Positions 52,333 to 64,000 of a stretch of 64,000 nt of DNA are shown here, one piece after another (within the stretch, counting starts at the first letter, position 1; each line of letters starts with the position of its first letter). A program made the translations under genes and the position numbers. The DNA lies in assembly GCA_050952645.1 (NCBI GenBank), contig JBMNLI010000010.1, forward strand, positions 224,001 to 288,000, given 5' to 3'. The notes under the pieces were generated by a model. That model did no database searches, had not been told where the DNA came from, and saw only the letters and a list, made by a program, of their open reading frames with translations. Origin of the DNA: Bdellovibrionota bacterium. GTDB lineage: Bacteria > Bdellovibrionota_C > UBA2361 > CAKMMH01.

Positions 52333-53505
52333 CTACATTTTATTTAGAATATGCTCTATCTCAAAAACCGATATAGGCATATTTATTTTTGCTTGCAACT
52401 TATCTAGAGTAATCATAGGATTTCGTTTTCGCTCATTAGTTATAATATCGATACATTTATCTATAGTATCAAACGTTAAATTGCTATTTTTAACGTGAAT
52501 ATAAGTATCATTAGATGCCTTAATAATGCTATCATACAAACCTAGCGAATCATCGAAGTCCTGTTTTAATTGAGCTTTGCCGTGAAAAAGATTATTTTCT
52601 TTTATACTTTCTAACATTTCTTTCCAACTCATTTCTCTATTTGATTGAAGTAGAACTTGAACCATAGCAGTTTTAAATTGTAATTTTGCACTAACCACTT
52701 TTTTATCTTTTATTTCGATAAGCCCTTGAGCTTCTATTTTAGGCATCAATGTATTTATCTTAGCATAATTAAGTCCGATAATTTCATAAAAGGAATTTCT
52801 AAAAACTTGCATAGTGCAAGGAAGAGCTATCTCTTGAAAGATATCGTTAAAACATTCGCTTATATCGATATCATCGATATCATCTTTTTGAAACTCAAAA
52901 TCTTCTTCAAAATCAAATATATTTTTTATAAATTTATAGAAGGTATCGCTTTGGAATCTAGAATATAGCTCAGGCATTTCTAATTTCATATCGTGAGAAT
53001 CGTTATTTTTTAAGTAATTTCTATATCTCGATGGACTATAAAGAAGAACGGTTCTTAACTCTTTTAAAAGGCCGTTTTTAAGTCTTTGAATAGCAGTCTC
53101 TTTAAGATTGTTTTTAGCTTGATAATTTTTTACATCACTTTTTTCATAAATAAATATTTCAAATAGCTCTTGGTCTTTTTTCTTTAAAGAGTTTCTATAC
53201 TCTAACACTTCGAGAAGTTCTCTTTGTATACTTGAAAAGCTTATAGGAGCTATAAATTTTCTAATACAATCTGGCGAATTTAAAATCTTATCTTTAAGCT
53301 TAAATATTAGTGGCTTTAAAGATGGCTCACTTGAAATTAAATTTTTATACTTGTCTAATTTTTTATCATCTAGACAGATTATATCCATAGCACTATTATT
53401 ATAAATTCCATTTTTCTTAAGCTTAGCTAAGACACTTCTTTCACTTTTGTTTAATTTATGTACTGCTATAGGATGTGTGTATAGCTCGTTATTTAAATTT
53501 TCCAT
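52333..53505 (-). CDS. Hypothetical protein
   Basis: 390 aa ORF; no motif recognised. Confidence 0.65.
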   Translation of the reverse strand: MENLNNELYTHPIAVHKLNKSERSVLAKLKKNGIYNNSAMDIICLDDKKLDKYKNLISSEPSLKPLIFKLKDKILNSPDCIRKFIAPISFSSIQRELLEVLEYRNSLKKKDQELFEIFIYEKSDVKNYQAKNNLKETAIQRLKNGLLKELRTVLLYSPSRYRNYLKNNDSHDMKLEMPELYSRFQSDTFYKFIKNIFDFEEDFEFQKDDIDDIDISECFNDIFQEIALPCTMQVFRNSFYEIIGLNYAKINTLMPKIEAQGLIEIKDKKVVSAKLQFKTAMVQVLLQSNREMSWKEMLESIKENNLFHGKAQLKQDFDDSLGLYDSIIKASNDTYIHVKNSNLTFDTIDKCIDIITNERKRNPMITLDKLQAKINMPISVFEIEHILNKM

Positions 53506-54126
53506 TCGATACCTTACATTTATTATTTTTATTCATACTATTTTATCTATTATTTTTTTATCTATTATTTATTATTTATTTATTATCTATCTACTACCAA
53601 CCTATTTTCTATTTTATTATTTATATGTTTTATATATCTGTTAGTTATAATTTTATTTATAAATTTTCTTCTTAGTTTATTTACTAAAAAATTTTTTATG
53701 TCCGTTTACTCGTTATTTATTAACTATTTTACTAACTATTTTACTAATTATTTTACTAATTATTTTGTTAATTTTTTTTCTTAATTCGTTAAAGAAACTA
53801 CGAGTATTAACTATAATATTCGATGCAAAAAATTTTTATTCGTTGCTAAATTTTTATTATTTTCTGCATATAATAATTACAATTTACAATTACAACTGAG
53901 CAATATAATAATCGCATAATTATCAATTAGCGTTTTATTTTATCTACTAATTTACTTATTAAATTCGATTTTTATTTTAATATTTTCTAAACTGCTTTAT
54001 AATGATTTTGGAAATGTAGTTTTATTTTTTAATTATCATTCGAGTTGTTGATTCGAGTTGTTAGTTCAGATTATTAGTTCAAACTGTTAGTTCAAAGAAG
54101 TATAGGTTGTATATTGGGAGTTATTT

Positions 54127-55296
54127 ATGCGAATAGCGTTAATGTCTTGGGAAAGCTTGCACTCGGTGGGTGTTGGTGGCGTAGGAGTTCATGCTACGGA
54201 GCTTGCCGCTGGGCTTCAAAGGTTAGGGCATGAAGTTCATGTATTTGTTAGGATAGGTCAAGGACAAAGAGAGTATGATTGTATCGATGGAGTTCATTAT
54301 CATCGATGTGCGATGGAATTAAACAGAGATTTCGTTCAAGAAATGAATAATATGTGCAATAGTTTTGCGTGGCGTCTAGGGGAAGTCGAAAGTGGTCTAG
54401 GGGGAAGATTTGATATAGTTCATTGCCACGACTGGCTTACGGAAAAAGCACTAGTTCAAATAAAAAATAACATGCATAGAAAGACCGTTTTTACGCTCCA
54501 TTCGACTGAGTTTGGAAGATGTGGTAATAATTCCTATTCAGGGCAATCTGAGCGCATTAGTCAAATAGAAGCAGAAGGGGCATACGTAGCGGATAGGGTT
54601 ATCACAGTTTCTGGCGTATTAGCAGATGAAGTTAAAAGACAGTACAATGTTCCAGATTGGAAGTTGAGAATGATTTATAATGGGATAAATGTTCATCGTT
54701 ATGATGGATTTATAGACCCTGCTATTTGTAGGAGAACTTATAGCATTGGACCTATGGATCCTATGGCGCTTTTTGTTGGAAGATTAAGCATTCAAAAAGG
54801 CCCAGATTTATTAGTAGAGGCGATACCAGAGATATTATCTTTTAGGGGTGATGCAAAATTTGTTTTTGCTGGCGATGGTCATATGAGACAATCGCTAGAA
54901 AACAGGGCAAGAGAACTTAACGTTTTGCATGCTTGTAGGTTTTTAGGTTCTATGAGTCCTGATGGTGATTTGATAAATCTTTTTAAAAGCACAGATTGTG
55001 TAGTAGTCCCTAGTAGAAATGAACCGTTTGGGATAGTAGTTTTAGAAGCTTGGGCAGCGGGGAAGCCCGTTGTGGCTACGGTAAATGGAGGACCTAGGGA
55101 GTTTGTAACGCATAATAAAAATGGTTTTTTAATTTACGATCATAAAGAATCTATAGCTTGGGGGGTAAAAGAGATATTTAGAAACTTTGAACACGCTAGG
55201 TGGATGGGACAAGAGGGAAGAACCACCGCAGCTTACGGCTTTAGCTGGAATAAAATAGCTAAGCGGACTGAAGGGGTTTATTACGAGATTTTATAA
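54127..55296 (+). CDS. GT4 glycosyltransferase
   Basis: SWE..GGVGVH, HCHDW, FVGRLSIQKG, PSRNEPFGIVVLEAW. Confidence 0.93.
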   Translation: MRIALMSWESLHSVGVGGVGVHATELAAGLQRLGHEVHVFVRIGQGQREYDCIDGVHYHRCAMELNRDFVQEMNNMCNSFAWRLGEVESGLGGRFDIVHCHDWLTEKALVQIKNNMHRKTVFTLHSTEFGRCGNNSYSGQSERISQIEAEGAYVADRVITVSGVLADEVKRQYNVPDWKLRMIYNGINVHRYDGFIDPAICRRTYSIGPMDPMALFVGRLSIQKGPDLLVEAIPEILSFRGDAKFVFAGDGHMRQSLENRARELNVLHACRFLGSMSPDGDLINLFKSTDCVVVPSRNEPFGIVVLEAWAAGKPVVATVNGGPREFVTHNKNGFLIYDHKESIAWGVKEIFRNFEHARWMGQEGRTTAAYGFSWNKIAKRTEGVYYEIL

Positions 55297-55413
55297 GGTA
55301 TTTAGAATAAATGTAGGAAAAGTAATAAAGAAAAGTAATAAGAAAAGTAATAAAGAAAAGTACAGAGTGGTATAAAATTAAGTAAAAGAAAAAATTAAAA
55401 AGATAAAAAATTT

Positions 55414-55700
55414 GGTTCTTTGACGTTTTAGAGGGGTTAGCTTAAAAGAAAATTGGCTTTTATAGAAAACTAGCTATAGTTTCAAAAAAAGCTATAACTA
55501 TATTTAAAGTCAATTTATTTTATGCAAACTTCTTAAAAGTCAATTTTCTTTTGGGCTTCGTCGAGGATTAGCAATGCTAATTTTTTAGAATTTAAAACTA
55601 CTTTTAAACGGGAGGAAGCATCTTGCTTCTTTGACGTTTTAGAGGGGTTAGAAAAGTTGCTTTTTTCTAGGTAAGCTAAACTACCTTTAAACGGGAGGAT
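55414..55700. repeat. Two tandem MITE-like copies; the first is the intron-free homologue of the intron-bearing copy
   Basis: GGTTCTTTGACGTTTTAGAGGGGTTAG at 55414 and a similar start at 55625; 55414-55556 aligns to reverse-complemented 5924-6085 and continues TTCGT exactly like the 3' exon. Confidence 0.88.
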
Positions 55701-55780
55701 AAAAAAAATAAGGCGTCCTTTCGTAAAAAAGGGCGCCTCTTAGGAGCGGTCAGATAGGGATTTATAATTCCTAAAAAATT

Positions 55781-55810
55781 CGGCATAGTCGTTGATATTC
55801 GGCTATGCCG
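55781..55810 (-). terminator. Terminator hairpin after the recombinase
   Basis: CGGCATAGTCG-N8-CGGCTATGCCG flanked by A and T runs. Confidence 0.7.
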
Positions 55811-55819
55811 TTTTTTCGT

Positions 55820-57529
<1,710 letters not shown>

Positions 57530-57733
57530 CTACCTTGAAGAAGTCGAGTTGATTTCCGTGGGTTTATATGAACTATCAGATAACTTTGAAAGGCTTTTTG
57601 CGTTGACTGTAATCAGTCGTTTCAGCTTGGAATATGCACTTTCCTTTGCTGAATCGCTTACTCGTGATTCCACCACATAGACCGTACCTCCGATATCGGA
57701 TTTGGTTGTGCGGCTGTTACTTTGATTTTCCAT
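57530..57733 (-). CDS. tnpW: Transposon-encoded TnpW-family small protein (possible directionality factor)
   Basis: IGGTVYVVES..SAKESAYSKLKRLI; AGGAGG RBS; immediately upstream of the recombinase. Confidence 0.75.
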   Translation of the reverse strand: MENQSNSRTTKSDIGGTVYVVESRVSDSAKESAYSKLKRLITVNAKSLSKLSDSSYKPTEINSTSSR

Positions 57734-57808
57734 ATCGTGACCTCCTGTCCGATGTTTTGAAGGAACTGGCACTGAGCCGAATTGATGACCCAGTACCTAA
57801 TCCATTAT

Positions 57809-58708
57809 TTAAGCTTTTATTTGTAATATTTTCAGAGCATCCGGTTGAATTAGCTTGCCATCCAATCTTTCGTAAGCAGAAAATCCAATTTGCCCCTGCA
57901 ATGCATATAACTCACTTAATTTCTTTATTGTTATTGGCTGACGCTCAATCAGCCAGTAATACGATAGATCTCCGAATACAATGCTTTTTGCTCCTGCTGA
58001 TACTGTAGGCATATATGGAGAGGTAACTACAGGCTTTCCGAAGATGGTGTTATCTGAAGTATTCCATAGATAACTGCCATTTGTATCTTTAAGGGTTCTA
58101 AGAAGCATGGATGTATTATCGTGCATGATAAACACAGCGTTATTTCGGTATTCATCTTTTAATGAAAAATACAGAGAGATAATCTCGTCAAAAGAGATGG
58201 TAGCACTATCTGCTGTAGTTACATCTGCGTCTGCCGTAAGTATACCTGTAGGCTGTGTTGTGCCATTTCCATTAAGTAATGCATTTTCCTCAGCCTTGCC
58301 AAAACGCTTCGCAAAATCACCCATCAGATACTTTTCAAGATTAAAGTTCATATCGGTGACGAATGAGCGGTTTAGCTTGACAAGAGATGCCAGCTTGTAT
58401 GATTTCACCAGAAACTGTGTAAATGTATCGGCATTTTCGGGAATTGGATCTCCGTCTTCAACCCAATCTGCTGTCCCCGTTGAGGATACCGCTTGAATTT
58501 TACCTTCTGCAGAAGATAGATTGATAACAGTAGCAAATCTACGGAATACATTCTCCTTTGCCAAAGCAGTGTTAAAGCCTTCTCTGAACTCATCTGGTGC
58601 GACATAGGCTCCTACATTATCAAAGCCCTCGCTTAGATTTTGATTGTTTTCTTCTTTTCCTTTCATAACATTCCAAAACGCTCTATTATAAGTTGTTGAT
58701 GTTGCCAT
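57809..58708 (-). CDS. HK97-fold phage major capsid protein homologue (short N-terminus)
   Basis: GAYVAPDEF, GNGTTQPTGIL, YRNNAVFIM, LKDTNGSYLW, GKPVVTS, FGDLSYY, ERLDGKL. Confidence 0.92.
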   Translation of the reverse strand: MATSTTYNRAFWNVMKGKEENNQNLSEGFDNVGAYVAPDEFREGFNTALAKENVFRRFATVINLSSAEGKIQAVSSTGTADWVEDGDPIPENADTFTQFLVKSYKLASLVKLNRSFVTDMNFNLEKYLMGDFAKRFGKAEENALLNGNGTTQPTGILTADADVTTADSATISFDEIISLYFSLKDEYRNNAVFIMHDNTSMLLRTLKDTNGSYLWNTSDNTIFGKPVVTSPYMPTVSAGAKSIVFGDLSYYWLIERQPITIKKLSELYALQGQIGFSAYERLDGKLIQPDALKILQIKA

Positions 58709-58737
58709 AATCGTTTACCTCCTAAATTTTATTAAAT

Positions 58738-58836
58738 GTGGGGTATATACCCCGTTTGAAACCGCGTTTTTTTACACGTTGCCCCACGCCCGTTGTCCAG
58801 ATGAAAAGGTGTGGAGATTTGACCTCCCCTAGGGGC
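58738..58836 (-). other. Putative phage cos packaging region
   Basis: Minus strand CCCCTAGGGGAGGTCAAATCT...GGACAACGGGCGTGGGGCAACGTGT...CGCGGTTTCAAACGGGGTATATACCCC resembles the HNH-terS intergenic cos region of Firmicutes cos siphophages (pattern recall, not a search). Confidence 0.55.
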
Positions 58837-58886
58837 AGGTATTAACACATGGAGTTGTATCCATTGTTTTCACTGGTTTTAAGCTT

Positions 58887-58974
58887 TGTAGCAAGATGTA
58901 GCAGGTAAAAACTAAACTCTCTATACGAGAGCGATTTTTTATATAACCTGTTTTTCTTGCTACAAGCTGCTACA
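58887..58974. other. Putative replication origin with inverted iterons
   Basis: TGTAGCAAGATGTAGCAGG ... CTTGCTACAAGCTGCTACA flank an AT-rich core directly downstream of the primase-helicase. Confidence 0.6.
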
Positions 58975-58980
58975 CTGTGT

Positions 58981-61303
58981 TTAAATAAGAAGAAATTCTT
59001 CTTCAGTCAGCTTATATCCGATAAGCATTGTGGTCATTCCACCACCAGAACGTGGTCGTTTCCGTTCTACACGGGCGATAGCTGTTAAGGCTTGTTTGAA
59101 GTTTCTTGCATTCTCCGAATAACAGCCATTGGCACTGCACCAACGCTGATACCGGCCATACACTTCGGATGTCCGCACCTCACTGTTAGGACTTTCCTCC
59201 AAGGCATCCTCGAAAAATAATGCTATTTTATCGCTGTCACGCTTATAAGCCTCCGTTGCTGTCTTAACGGAAACAGGTAAAGTCAAGCCTTCCTTCTTTA
59301 ACAGCTGATAGCCTTCAATTAGCCAGTTGAGGATAGCACTCTGATTCTTCGGTTTGGCGAATTCGCGTTTTAAGTTTTTATCCTGCTCGCTTTCATCGAA
59401 GTGTCGTTCAAAAGGGATAATCACCACTCTGCCACTGGAAAACAGCGTCATATCCGTAATAACGGGCAGATAATTGGTGTTGATATACAGCTTAAACTTT
59501 GGTGAAAAGTCAAAAGAATTCTCATGTAGAAACCTTGCGTTGATGGTGTCACCACCCGTCATGCTTTTTACCTGTGCAGCATTTAGGACAAGTCCTCTGC
59601 TAGGTTCGGAGATATTCACAAAGCGTACTCCTGCAAGCCGGGCAATATCTTCACTTGGACTTGAACTGTTATTGTTCTTTTTCAGACTGATAGTCTCCGG
59701 CCTTGCGGTACAGCCATAACTGCCTAACACCTTAAGAACGCTCTCACATAGCGTACCTTTACCGTTTCGAGTTGTAGCACCATAGAGAACAAACAGGCAT
59801 TCATACCGAGTGTCTCCGCTGATACTGTAGCCAAAGGCTTTTTGGAGGAATTTTGCCTTTTCCTCATCTCCGCTCATAATCTCATGAATAAATCTATCCC
59901 ATCGCTCACTTTTTGCTTCTGGGTCATATTTAACACCAGATATCTTTGTAAGTCTGTCCTCGCTGTTGTGGGGACGAAAATCCATAGACATTAAAAACAA
60001 GGTGCCATTGGCACAGTTGAGCATCTGCGGGTCTTGGTCAAATTCAGCCATTGATATGGGATATACGCTCTGTGCATCCTTAAGTACCGTTTCTCGGTAT
60101 CTTCTTGACTGCCACTTTCGGCAATAGTCAATGTATGCCTTTCTTTGATGTTCATCCTGAATAGTCAAAGCATAGGTTAGCAGTTGGTTAGCCAATGATT
60201 TACACATTTCCATCACTTTGAGATTACCGACATCAGGAATCCAAATGCCATTCTCATAGCAAAACCACATCTTCCTTTCGGGAACAAAGCGGGCTAAAGA
60301 TTTATAATAATCAGCAAACAGCCTGCTTGCCCCAATATCCGTCCAAGGGTAGCGATCGTTACTCTCAGGCTTAAAGTCAGCAAGGGAACATTCTCCAAAA
60401 TCTTCTGTAGCTGATGAACGCTTACCACCTGGTTTGTATATTTCAGTAGCATTTGCGATTGCTTTTTCTATGGTTATCATTCCATAAGTGCTGCCAGACT
60501 GCGGTCTATTCCATTTATCCCTCATTAAGCCGCTTTTTCGGAAAAGTCTGTCCATCTGTCCAATATCCCTGCCACACCAAAATGCCAGCATACCGCAAAG
60601 TGCCAAATCAGCTTCACTGGCAGAAGCATAACCAGATGTATCTCCCTGCCATAATGCTTTGAACCTTTCTCCATTTGCCGATTTTAAAGCCTTCTCAATA
60701 ACAGACTTGTCAGACAAATAGGATTGACTTTCTGCATCCAGAATTTGCTTCACAGGGGTAGGACGCAACATATACTTGTCTAGTATCATCTGTAATTCAT
60801 ACGATTTCTCCGCTATATCACCATCTGCAAACATATTTCCCGTTACGGTAACAAATCGGTTTGTTGCCCCTGATACATAGATCTCAACTCCTAGCTTTCT
60901 GTGTTGACATAGTATTTTGCTTTGTCGAAGTCATAGCCTGTGGCCTTAAAGAAAATATGAAGCCCTTTTTCAGATGGACTGTGTTCCATATAGCAACCAC
61001 TAAAAGCCTCTACAACATTTTGGGTAACAGGCTTAAGCTTACCACCACTATCAAAGCAATCATCTAAGTCGATAACACATATGTCATTACCCACCAAAAA
61101 TCCGATACTATCATAATCACTTATAGCAGCTACCGCTGAACTAAAATCTTTAAATGTACCACGTTGATTTGGTTTTGCCCTTTTCCTGTTACCGGGTTAT
61201 AGGGAACTTTGGTTTTTCTACCACTTCGCTCTTCATATTTCCAACAGCAAAACTGTGGCTTACTTTTGAGTATCTGTGGCAAGTTATCATATTGTGGTTT
61301 CAG
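58981..61303 (-). CDS. Primase-polymerase / D5-type SF3 helicase (P4-family primase), two apparent frameshifts in the 5' part
   Basis: N-terminal [56 protein letters not shown]alker [13 protein letters not shown] start after AGGAGGTGA. Confidence 0.88.
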
Positions 61304-61891
61304 TTATTTCACCTCCTTGCCTGTTAAAAATGACCCGAAACGCTACTGTTCCAGAGAGTTTGCCTTGTTGGACACAACCTCGTTATCTTTCAAGGAATAC
61401 GCTCGGAATTATCGTCATGGCATATTCTGCTTGAAGTATCTCTTGCATTTCGGGGTATTCAGTTGTCAAGGAGCAGTGAGAGAAAAACTATGCTTTCATT
61501 GGGGGATTATTTTTCCTCTCACCTTATAGCCTTGGTAGAACACATTAGTTGAGGATTTTAGAAAAAAATCTTTCTTCCTCATTCATAAGCGAAGAATTCT
61601 ATTGATTCGAACCCCTAAAATAAAAAAACAGCCTGTCTGTTTTCCAAGGAAAAGACGGCTGTAATGCTTATGCTTTTGCTCAAATTTGAGCGAAAGTGGT
61701 ATTAAATTTAAGAAGGCTGAATGTTATAACTTTGCCTTTGGTTTTACAAATAGACTTACAGACATTTTTGTCTAAAAGTATTTATTTAAATAAAAACAAA
61801 AATAAAGGCATACACAACTATCATTATCTTTGTTAACATTGTAAAATTACTTCACAAACACAGAATTATCATGTTATTTTTGAAGAAAATG

Positions 61892-61900
61892 TGCTATAAT
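61892..61900 (+). promoter_or_regulatory. Extended -10 promoter for the xre-hsd operon
   Basis: TGCTATAAT about 30 bp upstream of the xre ATG. Confidence 0.5.
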
Positions 61901-61930
61901 GGAAAAAACATATATAAAGAGGTGACCAAG

Positions 61931-62152
61931 ATGACCGTTAGCTATAAAAAGCTTTGGAAATTGTTGATAGACCGCGATATGAAGAAGAAAGATTTACAAG
62001 CTGCTGCGGGAATAAGTCCATCGTCAATTTCAAAGCTTTCTAAAAACGAATATGTCAGTATGGACGTTCTTGTAAAGGTTTGTACGGCACTTGGCGTTGA
62101 TTTTAAAGATATCATGGAATTAGTGCCTAATATGGTTGAAGAAAGGGAGTAG
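61931..62152 (+). CDS. Cro/CI-type (Xre, HTH_26-like) regulator
   Basis: [44 protein letters not shown]. Confidence 0.9.
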   Translation: MTVSYKKLWKLLIDRDMKKKDLQAAAGISPSSISKLSKNEYVSMDVLVKVCTALGVDFKDIMELVPNMVEERE

Positions 62153-62156
62153 AGTT

Positions 62157-63726
62157 ATGGAGAATAACAGAAAAGAACAGGAACGGGCGGAATTACACCG
62201 CACGATATGGAATATGGCAAATGATCTAAGAGGCAGTGTAGATGGATGGGACTTTAAGCAATATGTTCTAGGAATGCTGTTTTACCGCTACATATCTGAA
62301 AATATTACTGCCTATATTAACGCCGGAGAATGGGAAGCTGGCAATACGGAATTTGATTATGCTAAGCTATCCGACGAAGAAGCAGAACAGGCACGAGAGG
62401 ATTTAGTTAAGACAAAAGGCTTCTTTATCTTACCCAGCGAGCTTTTTGAAAATGTCCGAGCTCGTGCAAAGGACGATGAAAACTTAAATGAAACACTAGA
62501 ACAGATTTTCAGTAATATAGAAGCATCTGCCCAAGGAACAGAGAGTGAAGATAATTTCAAAGGTCTGTTTGACGATATTGATGTTAACAGCAATAAGCTA
62601 GGTAACACTGTAGTAAAGCGTAATGAAAAGCTGGTTAAGCTAATGAATTCTGTTGGAGAAATGAAGCTGGGAGATTACAAAGACAATACCATAGATGCAT
62701 TCGGTGATGCTTATGAATTTTTAATGGGTATGTATGCATCCAATGCCGGAAAAAGTGGTGGTGAATACTATACGCCGCAGGAGGTTTCTGAACTCCTTAC
62801 CCACTTAACATTAGTAGGAAAAACTGAAGTCAACAAGGTATATGACCCCGCTTGCGGTTCTGGCTCTCTACTGCTAAAGTTTGCAAAAATCTTAGGAAAA
62901 GAAAATGTACGTCAAGGTTTCTTCGGTCAAGAAATCAACATTACAACCTACAACCTGTGCAGAATTAATATGTTCCTGCACGATATTGATTATGACAAAT
63001 TTGATATTGCCCTTGGGGACACACTAACAGATCCGCAACATTGGGATGATGAGCCTTTTGAAGCCATTGTATCAAATCCACCTTACTCTATTAAATGGAA
63101 GGGCGACAATGATCCTATTTTGATTAATGATCCCTCGCTTTTCTCCAGCGGGAGTATTGGCTCCTAAATCCAAGGCAGACCTTGCTTTTATTATGCATAG
63201 TCTCTCTTGGCTTGCAACAAACGGAACAGCGGCTATCGTTTGTTTCCCCGGTGTAATGTACCGCGGAGGCGCTGAAAAGAAAATCAGGCAGTACCTGATT
63301 GACAATAACTATATCGACTGTATCATTCAGTTACCGGATAACTTGTTTTATGGTACCAGCATTGCTACCTGCATTATGGTGCTGAAGAAGTCTAAATCAG
63401 AAAATAGCACCTTATTTATCGATGCATCAAAGGAATTTGTCAAGGTTACGAATAACAACAAGCTGACACAGGAAAATATTGAGACCATTCTTAACGCATT
63501 CAAAGATAGAAAAGATATAGAGCATTTTGCTAGGCTTGTGCCAAACAGTGAAATAGCTGAACAAGATTATAACCTGTCTGTTTCAACATATGTGGAACAA
63601 GAGGATACGAGAGAAAAGATTGATATTGTTGCCCTCAATGCTGAGATAGAAAAGATTGTGGCGAGAGAGCAGATTTTACGGGAAGAAATAGATAAGATTA
63701 TTGCGGAAATTGAGGTGGGCAAATGA
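62157..63726 (+). CDS. hsdM: Type I R-M methyltransferase subunit (EcoR124/type IC-like), +1 frameshift near 63135
   Basis: [40 protein letters not shown]; an extra C in GATCCCTCGC joins the two ORFs as NDPRFSPAG. Confidence 0.95.
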
Positions 63727-64000
63727 GTAAGTTAGATGAATTGATTGCTGAACTTTGCCCTGATGGGGTGGAGTATGTTCGACTTGCGGAATGTTGTGAT
63801 ATAGAGGACAATAAACGGAAGCCTGTTAAATCATCATTACGCATACCAGGTGACACTCCGTATTATGGTGCTAACAATATCCAAGATTATGTTGAGGGAT
63901 ATACGCACTATGGACAATATGTACTAATTGCAGAAGATGGCTCTGCAAGTCTTGAAAATTATTCTGTACAATATGTAGATGGTTTCTTTTGGGCTAACAA
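63723..64000 (+). CDS. hsdS: Type I R-M specificity subunit (truncated by window)
   Basis: ATGA overlap with hsd[41 protein letters not shown]. Confidence 0.9.
   Translation, partial: MSKLDELIAELCPDGVEYVRLAECCDIEDNKRKPVKSSLRIPGDTPYYGANNIQDYVEGYTHYGQYVLIAEDGSASLENYSVQYVDGFFWAN

Noticed and set aside
54039..54095. Short 13-bp arrays (also 34065-34104, 45146-45189) as mini-CRISPRs or iterons
   Set aside because: Units are contiguous without unique spacers and match the window-wide micro-duplication pattern.
3972..55700. Dispersed hairpins as integron attC sites or CRISPR repeats
   Set aside because: The ends read GTT...AAC (opposite to attC RYYYAAC...GTTRRRY), they flank core genes, they are not regularly spaced, and no intI or cas gene is present.

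Overview
AT-rich chromosome segment of a Gram-negative, probably deltaproteobacterial/Bdellovibrionota-like bacterium (inference from rho, ftsEX-envC-ctpA, O-antigen ligase, FadL, type IV pilin, trypsin lipoprotein). Housekeeping genes (corA, rho, tyrS, ileS, clpX, trmB, cmk, tRNA-Ser) are interleaved with accessory DNA. Main observations: (1) a family of dispersed hairpin repeats with ISL3-like GG(C/T)TCTTCACGTTTTAAG ends. One copy, between sctR and sctS of a non-flagellar-type T3SS export cluster, carries a complete class IIC group II intron, and intron-free copies of the same target are present at 47.1 kb and 55.5 kb. (2) From about 55.74 kb to the window end, a higher-GC, Firmicutes-like integrated element encodes a large serine recombinase, TnpW, a lone HK97-fold capsid gene, a cos-like site, an iteron origin and a primase-helicase, followed by type I restriction-modification cargo. 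This looks like a minimal cos-type phage satellite built on a serine-recombinase backbone. (3) Smaller items: a methyltransferase/ABC-ATPase/HEPN-like chimera beside an orphan type III Mod, an IleRS with a GIHH signature, sigma28-like promoters, an IS30 remnant and pervasive 11-18 bp tandem micro-duplications. Many genes are split by single-base indels, mostly in homopolymer runs, which probably reflects long-read assembly error. All calls are by eye; no searches were run.
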